Positions 50,821-60,146 of a stretch of DNA of 64,000 nt are shown here, one piece after another. The stretch comes from Spirochaetota bacterium (lineage in GTDB: Bacteria; Spirochaetota; UBA4802; UBA5550). A program made the translations under genes and the position numbers. The stretch covers positions 2,336,001-2,400,000 of the forward strand of contig CAXXHB010000003.1 in NCBI GenBank assembly GCA_963664815.2. The letters are read 5' to 3'. The stretch's first letter is position 1; every line of letters begins with the position of its first letter. The notes below the pieces were generated by a model that made no database searches, had not been told where the DNA came from, and saw nothing but the letters and a program-made list of their open reading frames with translations.

Positions 50821-51270
50821 TTAACTGTTAATTTCTTTAATACTTGCAACAACTTCTTTTGAAGTTACATCTTTTGATGTGTAGATCCTGTTGAAGTTTT
50901 TATGAAGTTTGTCTTTGAAAGAAACTTTGTCCTGAATTTTCATTAAATGGGCAAGTGTATCAACATATTCACCATCGCCTTTGGCTATATCATTGGCAAG
51001 TGAATCCATATTTTCGGCAACATAAACATCTACAATGTTAACACCGATAACCGCGCCTTCTTTATATCCCAGTGTACCTGTGGATATAGCGAATGTCTGA
51101 CTTCCTGAACAACCATTAAGTGTTGCGCCAAGGATATCAAAGAGTTTTCCGCTTTTACCTGACAGGAGGAATCCCCCAAAACCGATACCGATATTCTGAG
51201 ATCCTGCGAACAGAGTTGAACTTGAAAACGCCATACATAGAGCAAAAGTTACTACGAGAATCTTTTTCAT
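50821..51270 (-). CDS. DUF3015 family secreted protein
   Basis: ATLNGCSGSQTFAISTGTLG and NMDSLANDIAKGDGEY..LA motifs. Confidence 0.8.
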   Translation of the reverse strand: MKKILVVTFALCMAFSSSTLFAGSQNIGIGFGGFLLSGKSGKLFDILGATLNGCSGSQTFAISTGTLGYKEGAVIGVNIVDVYVAENMDSLANDIAKGDGEYVDTLAHLMKIQDKVSFKDKLHKNFNRIYTSKDVTSKEVVASIKEINS

Positions 51271-51603
51271 TAAAGTCTCCTTTTTTTTAATATTTGAGTA
51301 TCTTCATATATAATAAATTAATACATCTTCGGAAAATTTCAATTTTTAGTCCGAAATTCCAATTTTTAAGAAAAATAATAACCGGTTTAAAATCATACAT
51401 ATTATGTTTCCCTTAATAACGGTTATTTGGAATATAAAGAGTTTTAATGTGGCTGTACTTTCAAAATACCGTAAAATCAACTCCTTTAATACACAATCTT
51501 TTCCGTATGATTTGAATAGATCCGCTTCTATATAAGTTCATCTCCCCGGAATGTAAAAAAAACTGTTGATAGCATAAAAAATAGTTGAAATTATTTGTAT
51601 TAA

Positions 51604-51634
51604 GAACACATTTGTAATCATTACAAATGTGTTC
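51604..51634. promoter_or_regulatory. PerR/Fur box (perfect 15-1-15 palindrome)
   Basis: GAACACATTTGTAAT-C-ATTACAAATGTGTTC. The core TTGTAATnATTACAA resembles the 7-1-7 Per box and lies immediately upstream of the Fur-family gene. Confidence 0.75.
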
Positions 51635-52057
51635 AGGATGGTTTTTATGGAGAGAATCGATTTTTTCAGGGAGCTTTCAGACAGGGGAATTCAGCCCTCT
51701 GTTCAGAGAGCAAGAATTCTGGAGTTTCTATGGAATGAAAGAATTCACCCCACTGCAGATGACATATTTGAGCGTCTGCATCCGGAAATCCCGACTCTCT
51801 CGCGGACAACAGTTTATAATACTGTAAAACTCTTTACTGAACATCAGATGCTGCAGCCCATTGTAATTGAGGAGAAAGAGATCCGATACGATATCGATAC
51901 ATCCCTTCACGGGCATTTCAAATGCGAATCGTGCGGAAAGATCTTTGATTTCAGCGCTGACGATACAGGTGAAGCCGGGATTCCGGAACTCGACGGATTC
52001 CTGATTCGTGAACGCCACATCTATCTCAAAGGGCTATGCTCATCCTGCCGTAATTAA
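51629..52057 (+). CDS. perR: Fur family regulator, PerR-like (true start probably ATG at 51638 or 51647)
   Basis: [25 protein letters not shown] and CSSC motifs; upstream of rubrerythrin. Confidence 0.85.
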   Translation: MFRMVFMERIDFFRELSDRGIQPSVQRARILEFLWNERIHPTADDIFERLHPEIPTLSRTTVYNTVKLFTEHQMLQPIVIEEKEIRYDIDTSLHGHFKCESCGKIFDFSADDTGEAGIPELDGFLIRERHIYLKGLCSSCRN

Positions 52058-52079
52058 AATGAATAATAAGGAGATTACC

Positions 52080-52628
52080 ATGAAACAGTTTGTTTGCACC
52101 ATATGCGGATATATACACACAGGGGATACACCACCGGATACATGTCCGCAGTGCAGCGCACCTGCCTCAAAATTCAAAGAGCAGTCAGCCGGGGGGCTCA
52201 ACTGGGCTGACGGACATGTGATAGGCGTGGCGAAAGGTGTTGATGCTGAAATACTCGAAGGGCTGAGAATGAATTTCACAGGCGAATGCACAGAAGTGGG
52301 TATGTATCTCGCCATGAGCCGCCAGGCAGACAGGGAGGGCTACCCTGAAATAGCAGAGGCATACAAACGTATCGCCTTCGAAGAGGCTGAACATGCTGCA
52401 AAATTTGCAGAACTTCTAGGAGAGGTCGTCATGGCAGATACAAAAGCAAACCTGAAGGCCCGTGTCGCCGCTGAATACGGCGCATGTGAAGGTAAAAAGG
52501 GAATTGCAGCAAAGGCAAAGCAGCTGAACCTCGATGCAATTCATGACACGGTTCATGAAATGTGCAAAGATGAAGCGCGTCATGGACAGGCCTTCGCAGG
52601 ACTTCTTAAAAGATACTTCGGGGAATAG
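52080..52628 (+). CDS. Reverse rubrerythrin / NADH peroxidase (N-terminal rubredoxin)
   Basis: CTICGY...CPQC followed by diiron motifs GECTE, EAEH and DEARH. AAGGAG precedes ATG at 52080. Confidence 0.92.
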   Translation: MKQFVCTICGYIHTGDTPPDTCPQCSAPASKFKEQSAGGLNWADGHVIGVAKGVDAEILEGLRMNFTGECTEVGMYLAMSRQADREGYPEIAEAYKRIAFEEAEHAAKFAELLGEVVMADTKANLKARVAAEYGACEGKKGIAAKAKQLNLDAIHDTVHEMCKDEARHGQAFAGLLKRYFGE

Positions 52629-52674
52629 GAGATTACTGACTTCGTTGTGAGGTGAAAACGCGGGTACAGAATCA

Positions 52675-52712
52675 ACACAGGCCTGACATGGTCAGGCCTG
52701 TGAAAATGTTTT
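52675..52712 (+). terminator. Hairpin after rubrerythrin
   Basis: CACAGGCCTGAC-ATG-GTCAGGCCTGTG followed by an A/T-rich tract. Confidence 0.6.
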
Positions 52713-52996
52713 TTGCCTGTATATCATTCTTTGTGCCGTTATTAACAATCGCTTCATACATTTTAACAGCGCCGGCTGCAATGTAATCCCGCTTGTACTG
52801 AGCGAAGTGGAACCATCGGAAAAATAAACGTTATTCTGAGTTGACAAACCAGTCATTTATTAGTATTAATTAAATTTTGATACAGTGATTGCTGCGCCAG
52901 GTATTATCAGCAAAAATATAATTCTGTCTTGACAAATGTTGTTTTTATCAGTACGAGCCATTAAATTCTATTATAACATCAGAAAAAGAGAAGTAA

Positions 52997-53248
52997 TTGA
53001 AATTTGAACTGACAAAACATGCTTCTGAAGTGATAAGTGAACGGAATATATCAGAAGAATATCTTGAAAGGGCAATCGATAATCCCGGGTTAAAGATGGA
53101 TGACAGGGAAGACCCGGCCCTTGAACATCTTCTTGCAAAAATAATGGAAAATGACAACCGGGTACTTCGGGTTATTGTAATAAAAAACAGCGACCCTGTA
53201 CGTGTAATTACAGCATTCTTTGACAGGTCAATGAGAGGAAAATTATGA
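52997..53248 (+). CDS. DUF4258 protein (BrnT/RelE-like putative toxin)
   Basis: LTKHA..ISERNI..EYLERAIDNP...RVLRVIV...RVITAFFDR. Confidence 0.78.
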   Translation: MKFELTKHASEVISERNISEEYLERAIDNPGLKMDDREDPALEHLLAKIMENDNRVLRVIVIKNSDPVRVITAFFDRSMRGKL

Positions 53249-53445
53249 AGATAAAGATTGATGAAAAAGCAGACGCACTTTACCTGAGAATAGATGACTC
53301 AGAAATAATTGAATCAGAAGAGGTTACTCCAGGCGTAATTATTGACTTTAACGAGAACAATCAGGTTGTAGGAGTGGAGATACTCAAACTGTCAAAAAGA
53401 TCATCTTCTATAAATTATCATTCGATACAATATGAAATAGCCTGA
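53245..53445 (+). CDS. DUF2283 protein (putative antitoxin partner)
   Basis: MKIKIDEKADALYLRI...ESEEVTPGVIIDF...VVGVEIL; ATGA overlap with the upstream gene. Confidence 0.85.
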   Translation: MKIKIDEKADALYLRIDDSEIIESEEVTPGVIIDFNENNQVVGVEILKLSKRSSSINYHSIQYEIA

Positions 53446-53610
53446 CACAACTGCCTCTCCATTGTTTCATGGATCAGTCCACTAATCAGGTTCTTCCCTG
53501 TATCTGTTCAGTAAAGGCCCACATACCTGTGGTGGAACCGGAAGTTTCCGGGTTACCCGGATTTCCATTACAGGGTATTTATAAAAAATGAAACACGGTT
53601 GTAACAGCTT

Positions 53611-55119
53611 TCACTGAACAAGTTTGAGCAGAAATATATCATTACCCCCGGCAGTTGTTATGCTCTCAATACCTGTGCCGAGATCAAAATCAACCGGTCC
53701 GCTGAAATACCCGGTGAGAAAAATGTTCCCGAACCTGCTTATTTTTACTGATAAGCCGCCATCAGCGCCGGTACTTCCAAGTGTTCTGGTCCACCCGTAT
53801 GTGCCGTCAGAACTTATCTTTGTAAGAAATATATCAGAATCCCCTGCGGCTGTTTTGCTGTCTGATCCGCTGAAGTCTCCGGCAAAATTAATTGTACCTG
53901 TAAAATCACCTGCCAGATATACATTGCCTGAACCATCCACTGCAACAGAACGGCCTTCATCAACACCTGTTGCGCCGGCGAATGTTTTTGTCCATCCGTA
54001 TGTTGCATCTGCATTTATCTTCGTGATATATATATCATAACTACTTGCGGCTGTTTTATTATCTGTTCCGCTGAAATCTTTCGCGAAATTAACAGTATTT
54101 CCGAAATAACCTGTTATATATAGATTGCCTGAGCTGTCTGCAGTGACTGAAAGACCTACGTTCGAAACGACGCTACTGGAATCCCCGAATGTTTTTGTCC
54201 ATCCGTAAGAGCCGTCTGCATTTATCTTCGTTAGAAAAATATTAGCATATGAGGGTGGGGCAACCCTGCTGTCTGTCCCCGTACCGGGATTAAAATCAAA
54301 AGTTCCGGTAAAAGAACCTGTTATATACGCATTGCCTGAACCGTCGAGTGTTACCGATCTGCATGTTCCACCATTTCCCGACCCTGGAAGGAAATTTTTT
54401 GTCCAGCCGTATGTGACATCTGAATTTATCTTCGTGAGAAAAAAATTAGTAGTAGTCCCCGTAGACTTGCTGTCAGACTGTCCAAAGTCCTGGCCAAAAT
54501 TAACTGTGCCGAAACAATAACCGGTCAGAAATATATTGCCTGTACTGTCTAAAGCTATAGAAAAACCAGTAGAATAGTTTGACCCGGAGGAACTACTTAT
54601 AAGCTGTTTTGTCCATCCGTATGTGCCGTCCGCATTTATTTTTGTCAGAAATAATTCATTACCTGTCCCGCCGGCAGTCTTAGTATCTGTACTATCGCCG
54701 GGATCAAAATCAGCCGTTCCGTTAAAATAACCGGTCATATACACGTTGCCCGAAGCGTCTGTTGTTACTGATTGCCCCCTATCTTCACCTGTTCCGCCAA
54801 ATTGTTTTGTCCATCCGTATGTGCCGTCTGCATTTATCTTGGTAAGAAAAATATCTTGACTCCCGCCGTTAGACGTTTTACTGTCTGTCCCTGCGCCGGG
54901 ATCAAAATCAACAGTTCCGGTAAAATAACCGGTGATGTACGCGTTGCCCGAAGCGTCTGTTGTTACTGATTGCCCCTTATCTGCACCTGTTCCCCCTGCG
55001 TTGTACAGCCAGGGGAGATTAACGCCGTTGTATTCATCATAAACTTCATTAAGCCCGTTATAGCACGACAACAGGCTAAAAAACAGGCAAAAAACTGATA
55101 TCTGTACCGCTCGTTTCAT
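53611..55119 (-). CDS. SBBP-repeat beta-propeller lipoprotein
   Basis: Lipobox LLSC; about seven repeats of D.G.SV..D.SGN.YITGYF.GTVDF...DIFLTKINADGTYGWTK, near-identical at DNA level. Confidence 0.85.
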   Translation of the reverse strand: MKRAVQISVFCLFFSLLSCYNGLNEVYDEYNGVNLPWLYNAGGTGADKGQSVTTDASGNAYITGYFTGTVDFDPGAGTDSKTSNGGSQDIFLTKINADGTYGWTKQFGGTGEDRGQSVTTDASGNVYMTGYFNGTADFDPGDSTDTKTAGGTGNELFLTKINADGTYGWTKQLISSSSGSNYSTGFSIALDSTGNIFLTGYCFGTVNFGQDFGQSDSKSTGTTTNFFLTKINSDVTYGWTKNFLPGSGNGGTCRSVTLDGSGNAYITGSFTGTFDFNPGTGTDSRVAPPSYANIFLTKINADGSYGWTKTFGDSSSVVSNVGLSVTADSSGNLYITGYFGNTVNFAKDFSGTDNKTAASSYDIYITKINADATYGWTKTFAGATGVDEGRSVAVDGSGNVYLAGDFTGTINFAGDFSGSDSKTAAGDSDIFLTKISSDGTYGWTRTLGSTGADGGLSVKISRFGNIFLTGYFSGPVDFDLGTGIESITTAGGNDIFLLKLVQ

Positions 55120-55141
55120 ATTATCCTCACATCAATCATAT

Positions 55142-56584
55142 TCAGAACTTGTACTTAAAAGCAAGTGAGAGTGACGCGAAGCGCATCGGGCCGTCCTTCT
55201 CCATAAACATTCCATACCCTGCAGAAATTGCTGCTGCTGTTTTATCACCGGTTATGTACTCCCCTTCGAGCCCGGCCATTACAGTGGGGTCCAGGGTGTT
55301 TTTTGACTTTTCAGCATACAACATGGTATCCGGATCAGTACTTTTATATGATATTGTTATATAGCTAATCCCGAAAGAAAAATATGGCATTATTGAAAAG
55401 GTGTTACTGAATCTGATCCTGTACCCTGTATTTATAAGCAGAGGCGTAATCATGAAGCTGTCATATATCGGTTTTTTCTCACTGCTTTTATCTTTACCAG
55501 GCGCGTAATAAAATCCTGCTCCGGCCCCTGCCTCAATCCCATAAAGGAAAAGATTTCTCACACCGAAGAAGAACATACCCCCGCAACCTGTTTCGGCCAT
55601 TTCTCCGAATTTTCCCAGAGGTATAATCACACCCGGGTAGAAACCGAAAGTGAGCCTGGTTTGTAAAAGGGGCAATTCCTCAACATCAGATTCCGCGCCA
55701 AGGTCATCAATCGCCGTCAGTTCCAGCATAAAAAAACTATCAGGATTTTTAAGAGTGTAAACATCCCCCTTTTCCTCCGCGATCAGTTCTCTTTTACTAT
55801 CACTGGTGCCGTAAATCCTGTACTTTACGACTTCGCCGTCCGGGTCGGAAGCACGGTTCCACCTGTATGTTATTGATCCATCCACGGCATTCTTTTCCGC
55901 TGATAACATATCCGGTTTTTCAGGATGCAGGTTGGCAGTAGTTATCTTAAGTTCGTTACTCGGTGTCGATTCAAAATCATCCCTGTCAACACTTGTAACA
56001 AGAATATAATATGTTGTATTGCTTGAAAGGTTCTTAATGGTAGCGGATTTACCTTTAGTACTCCCCCCGGATTCATATTTTGAGTTTTCACCCTTTTTAA
56101 TATAAATATTATAACTCTTCACATCTCCATAAGGTGCCAGCCATGTCAGCGACACCCTGTCTGTACCGATCTCACCCTCCGCTTTCAGGGCGGAGGGATT
56201 CTTCTCCGCCATAAAGAGGATATCGCTCCTGTTAAGACTGAACTCTTCAGGTTTATAGAGCTCTTTGCGGCATGTGTAGCTTTCCTGATCCTCATCTACA
56301 ATAAATGCCACTACAGCTTTGCCGTCCCTCAACTGTATATATACTTTCGCCATTTTAAGCTTTGTATAAAGGATACGTTTAATATCACCCCGCCTGATCC
56401 GCTTCAGCTTTTTATCAGCCGAACGCAGAGTAAGAAAACCGGAATTATCGGAAATAATGGTCCCTTCAACTATTGATCCATCGTTCATGAAAACTGCCTC
56501 TCCGTGAACAGGCTTTCCGGAAATAACGGTAAAAGCTGTAAAAACAACCGTTAAAATTACTATAAACAGCATATTATTATTCAT
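55142..56584 (-). CDS. Secreted protein: N-terminal beta repeats, two FN3 domains, C-terminal outer-membrane beta-barrel (paralog B)
   Basis: Aligns by eye with 35259-36644 (ILYTKLKMAKVYIQLRDGK..VAFIVDEDQESYT..ELYKPEEF; NLSSNTTYYILVTSVD). Ends in AFKYKF, a barrel-assembly-type signal. Confidence 0.78.
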   Translation of the reverse strand: MNNNMLFIVILTVVFTAFTVISGKPVHGEAVFMNDGSIVEGTIISDNSGFLTLRSADKKLKRIRRGDIKRILYTKLKMAKVYIQLRDGKAVVAFIVDEDQESYTCRKELYKPEEFSLNRSDILFMAEKNPSALKAEGEIGTDRVSLTWLAPYGDVKSYNIYIKKGENSKYESGGSTKGKSATIKNLSSNTTYYILVTSVDRDDFESTPSNELKITTANLHPEKPDMLSAEKNAVDGSITYRWNRASDPDGEVVKYRIYGTSDSKRELIAEEKGDVYTLKNPDSFFMLELTAIDDLGAESDVEELPLLQTRLTFGFYPGVIIPLGKFGEMAETGCGGMFFFGVRNLFLYGIEAGAGAGFYYAPGKDKSSEKKPIYDSFMITPLLINTGYRIRFSNTFSIMPYFSFGISYITISYKSTDPDTMLYAEKSKNTLDPTVMAGLEGEYITGDKTAAAISAGYGMFMEKDGPMRFASLSLAFKYKF

Positions 56585-56917
56585 GTCTGTTTCCTTAAAA
56601 TAGATTCATTTAATAACAGAAATAACAGTTTAAAGAAAATTACTGATAACTAGTAGTAGAAAAAACCGGCTAAATCTGCCCGGGAAAATCAGAAAAAAAT
56701 CAGAATTTATAATTTTATTTATATACAATTATTCCGCAGTCAATCCATTAATTTTCTGCGGGTAATTCCGAAAAATAACAAATCCTGAATCGGTATTCCA
56801 GATACAACAATGGTCCGATGTTCCTGGAAAATATACCGGTCAGCAGCATACAGTTAATTACCTGTGTAAAAAAATGCATTATGCCGACTGGCGCTGCCGG
56901 TAAATGAAATTGAGGTA

Positions 56918-58291
56918 TTAACGAGGAACAGGAGGGTCAGCCCAGATAAATCCACCGCTTTTTACTATACGCTCCATTATCATAAACATTGTAAGCTCCT
57001 GATTTATATAGCACCTGCTCCCCGGCTCAAGGAGTTCCCCTTTTGATACAGCGATATTTTTGGCAGCGCAATCGCCGGCGCAATGCCACTTGCAGAAACA
57101 CTCACTGCAGTGTTTTATATTGTACACAGTCCTGGAATAATGCCTCTGTAATTTATCGTTTTCAATTATAAACTTACCGTTGCCGCTGTATCTCCCGACG
57201 AAGAATAGCCCGCTGTCAGGATGTTCCTTACCGAAAGATTCAAAACAGGTGGTTACATCACCGTCAGCAGTAATTACAAGCGCCCTGCACGCTGCAAGAC
57301 AGAACCTCTGCGTAATAATTCCCTGACGAGCACCGGAGTAGAATACTTCTATATTTTTTTCAGCAGCGTACCTGTATGATCTGATAAACTGTGAGATAAA
57401 GTCATCCTGACTGGACAGGATGGAATTATTCACAACTGCCCTCCCCTCCTCAAATGCAGGTTCAACCTGGATCTTATACGGCCTGAAATTATCACATATA
57501 AAAGAAACGCTGTTATAAAGGGTATGAACCGTCTCCTCTGTGACTGTAAGCCTGATCCCGTATCTGAATCCGGCCCTGTCCAGTTCTTTTAATGTTTCAG
57601 AAACCCCGGAGAAAGACTCTCCGCCCCCCTTTGCCGGCCGGTTAAGATTCTGGACTTCAGGAGGGCCGTCAAAGGATATGCTTAAATCAGTAAAATTGCC
57701 GATTATATATTCCCTGGCTCTACTGCTCCAGACACCGTTAAACGCGCCGGAGATATCATAGCTCACATTGTTCTGCAGCGCAAGTTTTTTGAAATATTCA
57801 ACGGATTCAGTTAAAAGAGGCCAGTTTAAAGACGGCTCTCCCCCCCCGTGAAAGCCCAGTGATGCATGCTTCAGACTGTTCTCTTTTATACTCCTGAAAA
57901 TCATGTCAATCGCGGCCATAGCGGTTTCGCTTTCCATCCGCTTTACAGGATACTCACCCGATGAAGCATAGCAGTATTTACAGCGGAGATTGCATTCATT
58001 AGTCAGGAACAGGACAACAGAATCATAATACGTTCCCTTTCCGGGGAAGTCATCAACCGGGAAAGCTTCCGGGACAAAGAAATTCAGTTCATCAAGTATA
58101 TCAAGATTAACAGCTCCGCTGCTGCCGGTAATCGTTCCGGACTCTCTGCTTACTGAGGTCTCACCGCTACTCCTGATGATTATTTCATTCACAAGCGCGG
58201 AGTTCGCGATAAACGCGATTCGTTTAAGGGGTGCATAAACCAGGAAGGAATTGTCACCCGCAGGAATTGAAAATATCTGTTTTAAAAGCAT
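56918..58291 (-). CDS. Radical SAM/SPASM-domain maturase
   Basis: CNLRCKYC, FHGGGEP and SFDG motifs. SPASM cysteines in FCLAAC..ADGDVTTC and CSECFCKWHCAGDC..RC. About 85-aa N-terminal extension. Confidence 0.9.
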   Translation of the reverse strand: MLLKQIFSIPAGDNSFLVYAPLKRIAFIANSALVNEIIIRSSGETSVSRESGTITGSSGAVNLDILDELNFFVPEAFPVDDFPGKGTYYDSVVLFLTNECNLRCKYCYASSGEYPVKRMESETAMAAIDMIFRSIKENSLKHASLGFHGGGEPSLNWPLLTESVEYFKKLALQNNVSYDISGAFNGVWSSRAREYIIGNFTDLSISFDGPPEVQNLNRPAKGGGESFSGVSETLKELDRAGFRYGIRLTVTEETVHTLYNSVSFICDNFRPYKIQVEPAFEEGRAVVNNSILSSQDDFISQFIRSYRYAAEKNIEVFYSGARQGIITQRFCLAACRALVITADGDVTTCFESFGKEHPDSGLFFVGRYSGNGKFIIENDKLQRHYSRTVYNIKHCSECFCKWHCAGDCAAKNIAVSKGELLEPGSRCYINQELTMFMIMERIVKSGGFIWADPPVPR

Positions 58292-58335
58292 AAATACTCT
58301 GATAATATATCATTACTGATTAAGTCATATAATGT

Positions 58336-59754
58336 TCATTTAACCGGTATACATGTACATATCCGGTATGAACCACCGCCTGAAGTTCCGCCGGAATATC
58401 CCCCTGAAGAATGCCCGACGCATGAACAGTCATAATGTCCTTCGACAGAGTTACAGGTGCATACCACTCCTTTAGGAAGGGTAAAGCTTTCAGGTTTAGT
58501 GTATGTTACTACCCGTCCATCAGCAGTTTTCTCTGTATATTGTACAAATTTTTTACCCTCTTCCAGAACGGAGGGATCCTGCAGGCATGCAACAAATTCA
58601 CCGGACTGCATATTCCAGATTTTCACGGTTTTATCCCTGGAACCTGATGCAAGGAATTTACCGTCAGGGCTGATATGTACCGAAGTTACAGTCTCTGAGT
58701 GACCCATGAGTACCTTTTCCAGCTTTCCGGATGGTATATCCCAGAGCAGCACATAGCCTTTAAAACAACCTCCGGCAAGAAACCTGCCGTCAGGGCTGAA
58801 GCTTAAAGATTCCACCATATCAGAAGATTCTTTTCCCTTTAAACTCATTATGAAAGTTAACGATGGGAATTCCCAGAGTCCACCGCTGTTGCCAGTAGAA
58901 CCTACAGCAAGAATCCTGCCATCAGGGCTGAAATCCAATGAAGATATACTTAATTTATCTTTCTTTAATTCACGTACGAATCCGCCTGACGGCATCTCCC
59001 ATATTTGAACTGATCCATCTTTAGAACCAGTTGCCAGAAATTTACCGTCAGGGCTGAATTTTACCGAGTTTAACTCATCAGTATAAGCCGGCGATTCTTT
59101 TACCAGTCTGCCGGTAGATATATCCCATATTCTGAATGTTTTATCGACAGAACCTGACACGACAAGTTTCCCATCCGGGCTGAAGTTTACTGAATTTACA
59201 GCCCATGTATGCCCTTTTAACTCTTTCAGCAATTTGCCCGCTGGAACCTGCCATATATCAACCTTACCCGAAGTACCTGAAGCAAGAAGTTTACCATTCG
59301 GGCTGAAATTTACCGATGATACATCGGCTGAAGTGCCAGGAAAATCCTTCGGGCGGCAGTTTATCTTTTTCAGCAGTTTACCCGAGGGGATCTGCCATAT
59401 CTTAACAGTTTCATCGCCAGAACTCGTTGCGAGGAGCCTGCTGTCCGGGCTGAAGTTTACCGAATTTACAACATAACGATGTGACAATATCAATTCTTCA
59501 CATCCTCCGGATATTTCCTGTGCCGTAATTTCCTTTTGCGGTTCATTTTCAGGTTTCGGTTCAGGTTTTGGTGTACATGCAAGAATACCTGCACCGATTG
59601 CAACAGAAGCTCCCATTAAAAATCCACGTCTCGACATAGACCAGTCTGCGACATTTTCATCAAGAAGTTCCTTCACCTCGTATAGTTTAGGTTCCTCTTT
59701 TGTTCCGTCAGAGTTTATTGACTGAATAAGAAAATACGGCTTCTTCATAATCAC
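58336..59754 (-). CDS. WD40 beta-propeller protein with twin-arginine lipoprotein signal and Cys/Gly-rich C-terminal tail
   Basis: SRRGFL...GILAC; seven WD repeats (V.SV.FSPDG..LA.GS.D.TVKIW); tail VCTCNSVEGHYDCSCVGHSSGGYSGGTSGGGSYRICTCIPVK. Confidence 0.88.
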   Translation of the reverse strand: MIMKKPYFLIQSINSDGTKEEPKLYEVKELLDENVADWSMSRRGFLMGASVAIGAGILACTPKPEPKPENEPQKEITAQEISGGCEELILSHRYVVNSVNFSPDSRLLATSSGDETVKIWQIPSGKLLKKINCRPKDFPGTSADVSSVNFSPNGKLLASGTSGKVDIWQVPAGKLLKELKGHTWAVNSVNFSPDGKLVVSGSVDKTFRIWDISTGRLVKESPAYTDELNSVKFSPDGKFLATGSKDGSVQIWEMPSGGFVRELKKDKLSISSLDFSPDGRILAVGSTGNSGGLWEFPSLTFIMSLKGKESSDMVESLSFSPDGRFLAGGCFKGYVLLWDIPSGKLEKVLMGHSETVTSVHISPDGKFLASGSRDKTVKIWNMQSGEFVACLQDPSVLEEGKKFVQYTEKTADGRVVTYTKPESFTLPKGVVCTCNSVEGHYDCSCVGHSSGGYSGGTSGGGSYRICTCIPVK

Positions 59755-60086
59755 CTTCCGGTTTAATGCAATAGCTTTGTTTTTTTGATTCAGGAACTTC
59801 CGCGTATTAAAACACCAGTATAATTCTGCTTCACCATTGCTTCAGTAAACACAATTTCACCCTGCCGGCACTGAATTGCATTGAAACACTCGTGCTGACA
59901 TTTTTTTAATAACTAACCATAATTTCAATATTACAGCCATCCATAAAAATCAACATCTTTTTGGAGTGTTTGGAGCAAAAACAAGTTTTTTACCGAGGCC
60001 CCGCCTGGCTGAAAAAAACCGTTCCTGCACGATTGAAGATAGCGCAGGAACGATTTAAATTTTTATCATGCGGCTTCGTTTCCATA

Positions 60087-60125
60087 ACAGAAAGCCCCGG
60101 TAAGCATACCCCGGGGCTGTTTCTT
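60087..60125 (-). terminator. Terminator after the lipoprotein gene
   Basis: AGCCCCGG...CCGGGGCT stem with TTTCTGTT following on the minus strand. Confidence 0.55.
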
Positions 60126-60146
60126 CAGGAAAAAGATTTAAACGGA

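Noticed and set aside
53611-55119. Regularly spaced near-identical DNA repeats resembling a CRISPR array
   Set aside because: They are in-frame SBBP protein repeats with a period of about 190-200 bp inside a CDS; no cas genes are present.
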